A stretch of 63,846 nucleotides of DNA, filler included. It is 11 parts of 11 records of this genome, joined end to end, with 100 filler letters (N's around TTAATTAATTAA, not from the genome) between each part and the next. Parts side by side here need not be neighbours in the genome. Positions count along the whole stretch, not along the records: positions 42,457 to 49,108 come from SRR15195285_2737; positions 49,209 to 53,674 come from SRR15195285_2739; positions 53,775 to 60,594 come from SRR15195285_2741; 8 more parts are not named here. The stretch is one strand, 5' to 3'. This document shows, piece by piece, positions 45,917 to 56,800 of this stretch; positions within the stretch are counted from its first letter, which is position 1; every line of letters begins with the position of its first letter. The translations under genes and the position numbers were made by a program. The notes under the pieces were generated by a model. That model had not been told where the DNA came from and did not search any database. It saw only the letters and a list, made by a program, of their open reading frames with translations.

Positions 45917-48900
45917 ATGGCGATGGCGATGGGCGGCCGCTCTTGCCCTTGCCCTTGCTCTGCGAGGTCTGCAGCGCCGCCGCCCAGCGCAAGAGCCCCC
46001 TCCCTCTCGCTCCTGCTGTGCTGGCTGCTCGCCCTCGCGCTGGGCTGCGTCAAGTCCATCGCGCCGATGGAGGGCGGGCCGCCAGCACAGCGCGAGGCGG
46101 CGCTTGCGAGCGGAGCGGAAACAGCTGCTGGAGCGTCTGGGGAATGGAGGGAGGGATGGGCGCGGCAGCTCTCGGAAGGGGTGGCAGCGCGGCACCGGGA
46201 GGCTGTGAGGTGCGATGCGCTGCGGGACCAGGCGTGCTGCGAGGCACAGGCGGACAAAATCGACGCTGCGGGAGTGACCACGCCGTTCGCTCGCCGGGGC
46301 CGCGTCGATGGCCTGGCGGGTACAGAGTGCGCCGTGCAGCTGCAGGTGCTGCTGCATGCGCTGCACTGCACGCTGCCGGGGGCCGTGTGGTTCGAGGACT
46401 GGGTGGCGGTCTGCGAGGCGCTCGCGCCCGCTGGCTCATTCGAGGCCTGCGGCGGGTTGTGCGTGCCGCGCGGTGGCGACTGCCACTTGGACGATAGCGA
46501 GTCGGGACGCCTGACTGTCTGCCTCGACGTGTGCGGCAGCATCATGGACGCCTGCGGCAGTACTGCCGGCCTCACAGCTAGCGAGATCGGTTCGCAGTAC
46601 GGCGTATACTGTCTCGACCTGGCTACGCATGTGGGCGGCAGCTGGGGAGACGGCGAGATCGAGCTTGAAGTCTGTGAGCAACTGGCGCCCCCGGGCTCAT
46701 TCGTAGTGTGCGGAGGTGTCTGTGTGCCGCGGAGCGACTGCGACCGTGTACCATGTGTCGATGGGACCGTGTCACAGATCACGGCACGCGAAGCGGTCGT
46801 CGGCCTGCCAGGGTGGGAGCCGGGAGACGCGGCAGGGTGTGCTGCATGGATGACTGAGAACCTCCTGGATCCGCGCAACTGCGACGAGTTTGACATATAC
46901 GCTTGGCAGACACACTACACAAAAGCAGGCCTTGCGTGGTTCGACTCGGTGGATACGTGCCTCCTGTATTCTGAAAACCAGTGGTGTGACACATGTATGG
47001 TCGTGGGTGATGCGGGGCGCTGGTCATCTTGTGTGACTGACTTCCAGCCGACGGAGCGTCAGTCCTGCTCGCCGTGGGCAAATTGCCCTGGAACTCCCGC
47101 TCTACCCACGAGTGCAGCAACGCCGCGTGGATGCAACGTGAGCGATGCGTTTAACTTTGATCCGACTGCGACGACTGATCGGGACTGTGTCCAGGTGATG
47201 GAAGGGTGCACTGACCCCACTGCGGGCAACTACAACAGCACCGCTAACACCGACGATGGGAGCTGTTACGCAGGAACGCCAGGCTGCACCAATCCTGCTG
47301 CGCTAAACTATAACGCGTCATTCGGTGCTGACGTGGATGATGGGTCATGTGACGTGAACTTCTGCGCAGTTGGTGGCCACACTTGCGACTCAAATGCTAC
47401 TTGTACGTACACTGGCCGGAGTGAGTACTCGTGCGAGTGCAACACAGGATTCACGGGAAATGGCACAGCATGTACAATGGTAGCTGTGCGCGGCTGTACG
47501 AACGGCATGCTGCAGTTCGATGAAGTTTACGCCGCGACTGTTGGTGTTAGCTGCGATCCAGAAAATCCCGACCCACTTTGTATGATCCAGGTCTACGCGA
47601 ACTACGATCCTTTCGCGAACACAGAGGATGGGAGCTGTCAGGAGGCCATCGTCGGTTGCACAAATGCTGTGGCCACGAACTACAACGAGTCCTTCACCCT
47701 CGACCCTCCTGATGGACGTGACCCAGTTGATCCGCGTGCGTGCATCGTTGATGAATGCTCTTCTGAACAGAACGCCGCATGCCACACGAACGCCTCGTGT
47801 GGAATAGTCAACTCAGAGACCACGTGTGCGTGTGGCCCTGGATATGTCGGGAACGGGACACGCTGCGACACCGCCGTACACGGCTGCCTGGTTCCAGGGG
47901 CGTTAAACTATGATGCTGCGTCCAACGTCGACGACGGTAGCTGTGTGTTCAAAGTAGATGGTTGTACAGTGCAGAGATCGTTGAATTTCAATCCAGCCGC
48001 TACACATGATGATGGGTCCTGCATTCCTGAGGTTCTCGGGTGCAAAGATACGACTGCCGTTACATACAGGGCAGACGCCAATACGGACGATGGGAGCTGC
48101 ATATATCCGAAGCACTTTTGCTCCTGTGAATGCGAGTGCAAACAGACTGTCAGTGTGGCTCCGCTCTGGGAACAACCGCCCGTGATTGCTCCCACTCCTG
48201 CGGTAACTTCAACGGACTATATCCACGTGTCGGGACAGGTGCGAATCAGTACGGGCGTAACAGAGGGCGAGATGCAACAGGCTGCAATAAACATTTTGGA
48301 AGGGCAGGAATCCAACCCTGTACACTTGCAGCCAGACGATGACATGGCATCAAATTACACGCAAACGGTAGAGGTCACCATAAGTCTTGCGTTCAATGAT
48401 GCGGTTGTTTGGAATCCCTCCAGGAGCATAGCCAGCGAGGTGACTTTAGCTTTGCGAAATGTATTTAACTCCATTTCGTTCGACAACGGTATGGATGTGC
48501 AATCGAGTGTCGTTGACGAATCAGAAGGTGAAGCCATCATTTTCGCCGCCGCCACATCCTCAAACTTCATGTGGGCAGCCGTGTCTGCTGCGGACTTTAG
48601 CGTCACGTTGGCGAATGAGGTCAGCGCGGTCGCGATGGAAACTACGTGCTCGGCCACACTAGGAGAACAATGGGCAGCATGCAATGGAGCGTGCGTACCA
48701 CGTAGTAGCTGCTCGTACCGCTCATCATTTGATGCAAACGCACGCCGCGCACTTGACGAGCTTGAAGTTTCGGTCCAATCGTCCAGTGCGACGACAACTC
48801 TGAACTATACCATCGAAAGAGTGGCCAGGCCACTGGTCGACAACGCCACAGCCATTGCGCACAACTACTCTAGTGGTCTGGGTGACGATGCAGCAGCCGT

Positions 48901-49108
48901 GTCTGCATTCAACGCTGCAGGGATCAGCGTGCCTACCGTTTTCATTTATGAGTCTGTGCGACCTTTCGCCTTGCAGACCTGTATCGGCACCAACCCATGC
49001 AGTTACTCACCAATCGGGAGCTGCGTGGCCACGAGCCAAGACGCTTGTGCCGCAGCTGACATCAGCTCCAGCGATGCTGCAGCAGACCGAACAGTGTGCG
49101 AGTCCGCG
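45917..49108 (+). CDS. Secreted/surface Cys-rich protein with GCTD..A.NY...A..DDGSC repeats and EGF domains (3'-partial)
   Basis: Hydrophobic signal region, about eight GC-x-NY/F-x-DDGSC repeats and two EGF modules (CDSNATC...CECNTGFTGNG; CHTNASC...CACGPGYVGNG). Runs off the contig. Confidence 0.85.
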
Positions 49109-49208
49109 NNNNNNNNNNNNNNNNNNNNNNNNNNNNNNNNNNNNNNNNNNNNTTAATTAATTAANNNNNNNNNNNNNNNNNNNNNNNNNNNNNNNNNNNN
49201 NNNNNNNN
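49109..49208. other. Artificial contig linker
   Basis: N44-TTAATTAATTAA-N44. Confidence 0.98.
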
Positions 49209-50108
49209 GTTATCAGTTAGTTACCATTTGAATGGCATGGCATGAGCTCTGTGTGCGCTCACGCATGCTAAGCCAAAGTCTGATGGAGTGCTCACCGCGA
49301 CCGTCAGCTCACCCAGATCTGCGGGCGCGTTGTAGGTGCAATGCCACCAACCTGGTGGCAGGTACAGAATCTCCCCGGGTTGCTGGTCGACGACGATCGT
49401 CCCCGGGTGCGGAGGCTGCTCTCCCTCTGCTACGCGGCGGTGCGCGGTCGCAGGGGAGGCGGCCGTAGGAGGCGCCAGCAGCCAGCGCTTGCGACCAGTG
49501 ACGAGGGCCAGCCAGTTCTCTTCGTGCTGATGGAAGGCAAGCCCACCCCCTGCTCCACCGATGCTCACGATGGGCTGAGCCACGGCATCTGCGAGGGCAC
49601 TAGGTATCTCATAGTCAGCCGATAGCCGCTGCCAGCACTCGTCGCGCGCGGTGCTGAACAGCATCGTGTGCCAGCCGCCGCCGCCGCCGCCGCTGCCGCT
49701 GCCACCGCCGTTGGCATCATGCGCCGCTAGGCTGCTAGTGAAGTCACGGAGGCTGAGCCGGTGCGAGGAGTGGAATGCCCCGCCGCTCCGCGCTACCGCG
49801 CTGTTGTCGCGCAGGGAGATCTCCACATCACCGTGCCGCAGCACCAGCCTCTCTCTGGTCGCCCAGCGCTCATGGGCCGCCCACTGCTCAGTCAGCCCTT
49901 CGATGAGCACAGGAACGCGCGGCTGGCGCACGATCCGGTCGAACTCAGCCGTCGAACCGGCCAGCGTGGAACCAGCAATACGCGTGACGCTAGGCTCAGA
50001 CGCGCTCTTGTCAGCCGGGACAGTCGTCCAGCTGGTCTGCCGGCGCACTGCCAACGATCCGCTTGGAAGCAGCGCTCTCGACGCCACCATTCCCGCTGCA
50101 GGAGCCAT
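49209..50108 (-). CDS. JmjC/cupin-8 (JMJD8-like) oxygenase, 3'-partial
   Basis: PVLIEG...W.A..RW, GLAFHQH...W...V.GRKRW and QQPGEILYLPPGWWH.T.N; H-x-H...H metal triad. Confidence 0.85.
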
Positions 50109-50914
50109 CGTACAGGAACGGATTGCAGCGCCGTAGCGCCAGCAGCTTCGGTCCCGGCAGCGCATCGTGCCAGCGTGCGTCCGTCCCGCGGGCGTCCGTC
50201 GCGCCAGCATGCGCAGATGCGCACCGCGCGGCGGCGCCCGCGCCGATCTCGCGCGACGAACCCAACCGCCAAGTGCTGCACCAAGAGTCGAAAGGAGAGG
50301 AGGAGGAGCCACCTTCCTTGCAACTCGATTTTCCGGGCACTTTGTTGGAAATCCAATCAGTCAATTCAGAAACTGCAGGCTTGGGTTGGGTCATAACCAG
50401 GTGGGGGCGTGTTTCCCGACGTATTCTATAGGTGCGGCTCGGTTAGGGGCGAGACTGAAGTAGTACTGGGGTGCGGAGCGGCCAGGCGCGTCGGGCTGAG
50501 GCGGTTCACCCGAGAAAACGGTCACAGTCCCGTGCCATTTTTAGGTGGGCGTTACGCCCCCGCGGACCTCGACGGAAAGCTGCGCGAGTATTCTAGTAGG
50601 GCTCTACCAACATGATTATACGTTGCGTGTTTCAGGGCACCGTGCACATGGGAACCTGCTTTGGGGAGTGGGCCAAATGCGAGGCAGTCTGCGGGATGTG
50701 CCATGCAAAAGAGGAGACGAAGAACTAGGTAGATTAGCGCACCGAGTGACACCTAACTCCTACGCGCCCGAGAGCGTGGCGCACCACGGAGCGCCAGTAG
50801 TTGAGTCCGGAGCGCACTCGTTGTACTCCGTTCCGTCGTACATGAAGGGGAATGCTCACGGCTCATTGTTCGAAGCGCCTGTGTCCAAGTTACGCCCCAC
50901 GTAGGGCTTGGTTG

Positions 50915-53212
50915 TCAGCGCGCGACTCCCCAGACTTCCATTACTTTTTGTCTCCAATTCTCGTTGCCACCGCAGATTTCGTTCTGCACACCGCTGAATG
51001 TTTGGGGGTCACAGTGCCCACCATCTCCATTTCCTAACGTGAGGTCGTACCCATACCCAAACGCCGGCCACCATGCTGGCCCAAGAGTCCGATAATGGTT
51101 GTATCCTTCGCACGTCGGGTCGCTCGACACGGTGTCGTACCGCTGTGGCCGTCCAGGTTCAAGCCGAAATAGGAACGTCTCAGAGTGAGTGTAGTCGACA
51201 CAGAAGGGCGGGTCATGACGATCGATTGTCACACACATGTTCAACGTTTCTGCGCAGCAGGCGTCCATGCCCCACGACTGGAAAGACACGCCACCAAATA
51301 TCCACCTTGCGCCTTCTTCCCAAGCTGGTCCAGCCGACAAGCGTTCGACGTCCCCCCCGGGCTCTTGGCGCGTATCTGTCTCGGGTGTTGGTGCATGTTG
51401 TATGAGGAGAATGGTTGTTTCATACGCATCGCACATGCGGTGAAATTCTGCCGGCGTTGGATCGTGAAGCAGGGTGCTGTAGCAGCGCTCCCACCTGTTG
51501 CCAGTGAGACTCCGTGGCATAAGAGAGACGAGGGATCGCTCAGAACTCACTGTCAAGATATCGCTCCCTGTGAATTGGCGACAGTCATCACACGCTGAAT
51601 TTTCACATATCGGGCCAGACCAACCATCGGCACACTGGCAGGAATATTCACCGATTCCATCGATGCAGACTCCGCCGTTCAAACAAGGGTTGTTCTCACA
51701 TTCATCTGTGCATCGGTCACCCTTATCGTCTGAGGCCAAATGGTCCGGGCAAGTGCAGATTGCGAAGCCCTGAGCGTCAGTGCACTCTCCACCGTTTGCG
51801 CATGGATTGTCGATGCAATTGTCATATGCACTGGCACAGCCAGTTTCGCACGCATTCGGGCATGCCTCTGCCGGAGTAGTCCCGGAGCTATCCTGCCCAA
51901 CATGGCAGAGGCCATTGAACCGCCCACCCTGCTCATCGGGGCGAAACATGTCACATGGCTGACCACCAGTGTAGGCCATTTCTCTATAAGTCGGCGAGTC
52001 GGCACACGGACATTGACCAGTCGAGTCGAATGGAATCGTAGACGCAAGCGAACAGTCGCTGGTACCACAATATCCTGCTGGGCATTGGCACCCGAAGGAA
52101 CCTACGCCGTCAAAGCAGATTCCACCATTCTGGCACGGATTTAGAGTGGGTTCATGGGATTGGCAGTCGTCATGCGTCAAGATGCATCCAGTCCGGCAAG
52201 ATACAGGGCACGCCTCCGCGGCACTTACTCCACGTACATCCACGAAAGATGCACACAGGTCTCGGTGAAGAGCAAACGGCATACAGTCATTGCCGTACAT
52301 CGCATCTCTAAAGCCAGGGCTGTCTTCACAGGTCAACGGTTCCTCTCGCACAGGTGGGGGTGGTGGGGCCACAATATCACAGACCGAGCCGTCTCCCTGC
52401 AGGTACGCCTCCAGCAAATTTTGGTTGTCTTCATACTGCTGCTCCAATGACTGCAGCCGGCGCTCTCGTCGATGGCCCTGCAAAGGGCAAGAGCACTCAC
52501 ACCAGCCAAGCTGGTGGACTACCGCACACTGTCCAGTTGCTGCAAGTGTAGCGCACGTGTAGCCTTCTTGACCAGGGCCTTGCCCTGGCGTTGCTGCGAG
52601 CACTCGGGCGTCGTCGTCCTTGCACGAGTTGGGGTCGGGAGGTGGGCACGAGCAGTCGCACCATCCGTACTCGATGACCACGGAGCAGGCACCCTGGTCG
52701 CGAATACCAGCGCACGTCCAGCCCTCTCCATTCGGACCCTGGCCGTCTGTCGCGTCCATCACCGCGTGGTCATCATCCTGGCAGTTTGGAGGAGGTGATG
52801 GGTTACCTCTCGGTGGTGGCGGCGGGCGTGGTGGCCGGTCTTCGCAGGGAGGATCCTGCGTGGCACGGAGTGCGGCCCGTAGCTCTACCGTGTCGAGCTG
52901 CAAGCAGGCCACCCACAGACTATCGACCTTGGGGCCCAGTGTGTGAGTGGGGTCAGCCGGGTCGGCCCAGCGATGGATGTGGTTGTGGCAACTGCCGATC
53001 ATGAGCGGTGCCAGCGCCATGGCACACTCAACCGGGCACTCATGATGAGCCCAGCCTGGGCACGCTGCAATTGCTGCCTGGTAGATTGCCGGGACCGTAG
53101 CAACGTCGCAGTGAAGGTCGCTCACATCGCCCTGAGCGTCTGCCACGGGGACGAGCTGTGCCGAGCAAGCGATTGCGATCGCCAGCTGTCTTAGGGTGAG
53201 CCTCCACTGCAT
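50915..53212 (-). CDS. Secreted Cys-rich/ShK-like plus EGF repeat protein with C-terminal TLDc domain
   Basis: Signal peptide, two near-identical Cys repeats, three Notch-type EGFs (NPCxNGGxCxDG...CxC) and TLDc motifs (W..CYS...H......FH..CD....TI.LI, IFGG, FLF.L.P, P.FG.G.DL). Intronless. Confidence 0.85.
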   Translation of the reverse strand: MQWRLTLRQLAIAIACSAQLVPVADAQGDVSDLHCDVATVPAIYQAAIAACPGWAHHECPVECAMALAPLMIGSCHNHIHRWADPADPTHTLGPKVDSLWVACLQLDTVELRAALRATQDPPCEDRPPRPPPPPRGNPSPPPNCQDDDHAVMDATDGQGPNGEGWTCAGIRDQGACSVVIEYGWCDCSCPPPDPNSCKDDDARVLAATPGQGPGQEGYTCATLAATGQCAVVHQLGWCECSCPLQGHRRERRLQSLEQQYEDNQNLLEAYLQGDGSVCDIVAPPPPPVREEPLTCEDSPGFRDAMYGNDCMPFALHRDLCASFVDVRGVSAAEACPVSCRTGCILTHDDCQSHEPTLNPCQNGGICFDGVGSFGCQCPAGYCGTSDCSLASTIPFDSTGQCPCADSPTYREMAYTGGQPCDMFRPDEQGGRFNGLCHVGQDSSGTTPAEACPNACETGCASAYDNCIDNPCANGGECTDAQGFAICTCPDHLASDDKGDRCTDECENNPCLNGGVCIDGIGEYSCQCADGWSGPICENSACDDCRQFTGSDILTVSSERSLVSLMPRSLTGNRWERCYSTLLHDPTPAEFHRMCDAYETTILLIQHAPTPETDTRQEPGGDVERLSAGPAWEEGARWIFGGVSFQSWGMDACCAETLNMCVTIDRHDPPFCVDYTHSETFLFRLEPGRPQRYDTVSSDPTCEGYNHYRTLGPAWWPAFGYGYDLTLGNGDGGHCDPQTFSGVQNEICGGNENWRQKVMEVWGVAR

Positions 53213-53674
53213 CTACTGCTTCCTCTGGATGCTCTCTTTTATTCGCCTCCAATTGCCCTCGCTGTGCTCGTTCGTCCTCTGATGTTTAGTTCCTGTGGAG
53301 ATCCAGTTCGTTGCCTCCGATGCCCGGCTCTTGTCACGCCCTGGTCGGCGTCTGCGTCGGTGCTTCTTCACGGCGGCGTCCCGATGCTTCGTTCTTCCCG
53401 ACTCCGCGCCGGCGCGCGCGCGGGCGCCGCCGCGACGTTGAGCGGAATTGTTCCAGAGTCTGGTGATGATCGATGAATGAAGGATGATCTCATCCTTCCC
53501 CAGTGATTTCTCGACCCGAGCGGAAGGTTTGCTTCTGGACGGGCCACCGGTATACTACTAGTAGTAGGCCAGACGCGGGTTGTCAGATTGAGATAAGTCT
53601 CCACCCGATTCCGTTCGGTACTTCATTCTAGCAGTGCCCAGGTTGGGTGTGCGGCCATGATATGACCGCACATG

Positions 53675-53774
53675 NNNNNNNNNNNNNNNNNNNNNNNNNN
53701 NNNNNNNNNNNNNNNNNNTTAATTAATTAANNNNNNNNNNNNNNNNNNNNNNNNNNNNNNNNNNNNNNNNNNNN
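53675..53774. other. Artificial contig linker
   Basis: N44-TTAATTAATTAA-N44. Confidence 0.98.
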
Positions 53775-53805
53775 CTGCTGCTGCTGCTGGTGGTGGTGGT
53801 GGTAG

Positions 53806-56800
53806 TCATCTCCAGCTTTCGCTCATCGATGCCGTGAGGGCTCTGCCAAGCTCGTCTTCCATCTCGTTCTCGGGCTCGGGTTCCACGGGTACGGAGAGAA
53901 AGGCCGATGCAGATCCGCGCGCTGGCGATGCTGGGCGTGACAAGCCAACCACAGTTGGGCCTGTGGACTCGTTGCTGCTGGTTCCTTCGCTATCGCGCAG
54001 CTGTTGCGTGAAAGCCTGCCTGAAATCCCTGGAGTCCGTCCGAGAGCTGGCGCTGGGACTTCTTGAGATCCGAGGTGTCATACGAGCACCTGGCGAAGCA
54101 TCCACTATTGGCTCACCGGGTTCTGCGCCCAACTCCTCCAAAATCATCTGCAGCGAAACTTGGCGGAAAGCCTTATCTAAATAATATGGAATCACGGCGT
54201 CGAACATTCCTTGGTTGAGCCCGTCCTGCTGCTCAAAGTACTCCACTGGCGTTCTATCGTTCTGCAGGTAATTCACTGCTTCGCTCCAGCTCACGTTTGG
54301 CTCCGGTGGCTCCGGCAGTCCTCTCGCCGCGGCATCTATTTTCTGGGCCTCATACAGGACCCACTGCGCATCGCAATACGATTTCCAGCCGTGTGCCATG
54401 TCTGTATCCGCCACAAGCACAACAGTCGCACTGACCCGCGTCGCAGCGACTAGCGCGTCAAGAATGCTTGTGTCGTCGTGAGTCCATATATTCTCCGTCA
54501 AATAGACGATAATGCAGCTGTCGCTGCCTGCGTTGGTACTCTCTACGTCCAGCAGGCCAAACTCACCATCCAGCGCGGGACACATTTGCCCAAGCCTTCT
54601 CTCAATGGCCTGCATTTGCTGCTGACCATCAACTTGGCTGAACGCTAGCAACACTCGTGGTGTGCGCCGGACGAAGTCATACATGTGCTGACAGTCTGTC
54701 TCCATGGGAGATCCGAGCTTGCCCGCCAACTCGGACATTGACGCAGAGTGAAAGTCCCCTCGAGGGTAATAGTTAATCGCCGCATCGCCAAACATAGACA
54801 ACATGTCCAAGGCTCCGTTGTCATTGTCCACGGATACCTTGCATGCGTCGAAGAAATCCTGGAAACGACCCACAGCCCCGTTACCCTCACGCTTCCACAG
54901 CAGAATGATCGTCTTATTATATGCAAGGGCCCAACGGATTTCTTTGCGACAAAACGGCCGGATTAAATAGTCCTTGGTCAAGTACGCTATGAAGTATCGA
55001 TTCCTCTTCACACCAGTGCGCATGCCCTTGACTGAAGGGTTGTTGTCTTTATCATACCTGCTCCGTACCATGTTAGTGTATAACAGAGAGACAGAGAGAG
55101 AGAGACAGACAGAGTTGTAAACTGATTTTGTACGGAGTCTAGGCACCAAATCTCCTTCAACTCTGGGTGGGTCCGGTTCAGCTGACCTTTCAGCTCCATC
55201 ACATCTGGTCCCGCATTGGCTTGATAGTGACTCAGGAAAACACCATGCTGCTCGTCACGCTTCGTGCGGCCACGGATCGCGTTGGTGATTGCTTGCACAG
55301 TTTTGCGCGGGGGGTCATCTGCTTCATATTCGAAATTGAGCTCGCGAGCAGCTTGGACCATGATTTCTGTGTCTGACTCAGCAAATAGGTCTAGATCCTC
55401 TTTGGCCCACTGCAACGCTCTCTTGTCATTGTCAGACAAGAGTTCCTCGACCTTATGATCCTGGTATCGTACCCGCAGCCTTTCGACTTGACGTTTCAAG
55501 ACCCCGTTCTTATCACCGAATCCTAGGTTGTACATTTTGAGGGCGTTGCTTAATACTTCAGCACGTCGCTGGTCCGTTGTGTCTTTATCTTCATCAGTAT
55601 TCTGTGGCGTCAGCAGCGAAGACGCGTCTCGACATTTGACATACACGCAGAAAATTGCGTACAGGCCCAACATCACCAGTGTACTAACAAGCACTGCTCC
55701 ATAATCATCGGCCTGAAACTTCTCTGTAACCAATGATGTCTTCAAAGCCACGGCAACCAAACACGTCAAGAAGATGTGTGCTTCACATGCTGCCCGTAGC
55801 TGGTTGTCGGCATCAAGTTTGCACGGCCAGAAACCGACCTGCGCGGCAAAGAACATGAACGAAAGCAGAACAGCAAGGCAGCATTGTGCTGTGCTGCCTT
55901 GACCTGCGAAGATGATCATGCCGACTAGCGCGAGCTTCCTCCCCATATCAGCAGATTCCCAGTAGTAAAATCTGCTTTTGAAACCCAGTGCAAAGGCTGC
56001 GCTCTGGCCTGCTTCCGTTGTCGCCACAATATCCTTGGCGGTCTCCTCTGAAAACTGACCTAGAAGCGTCGCACCTTCACGAGCCAGATTCGAAACGATC
56101 CAGTCTATCTCTGCGTTCTCCTCCTTGGTTCTTAGCGTGCGATAGAGCTGCACAAACAGTGCTAAAGGCACCCCGACGATAAACACGAGAATGACTAGGC
56201 CAGCGCCCAATTGGAATCGACTGTGCTGCGAACTCTCACAGGAGATGTCGAAATCGGCGATCAACACACTGAAGTTTTCACCTAGTCTACGGCAATTGAA
56301 GAGACTGAACGACCGCCTGCAGACCGATGGATACACCAAGAACAGGACAAAGTAGCCCCGAACCGTAAACTTCTCTCTGACCTCTATCTCTCTCTCCCTG
56401 ATCTCTTCCTCGGATCTTTCAGCAGAGCCCATGCTCCGCCAACGGTCTGTCATCCGCAACATAGCTACAAGAGCCGTCATGACTGCGGGCACTATGACGA
56501 CATATATCATCCACTGCTGATACACCGATAGGCATGGCATCAAGCATCGTGACAAGAATGCAGCAAAATCGACTGTCAAAAGGCGCAGTGCATGCAACCA
56601 TTCGACAAAAAGCTGTGGAAGCTGAACGTGAAGAACATCACCCAGCTGACTGATCACTTGCACGTACGAGATCAAAATTCGAACAGATTGCATCGCCAAT
56701 TGGGCACGGATCGTATGTAGGGCTGCACGCTTGTCTTTTTCAATGCCGTGCATCGCTTCAAAGATTTCAATTGTTCCAACTGTTGGTTCTAGACTTGACA

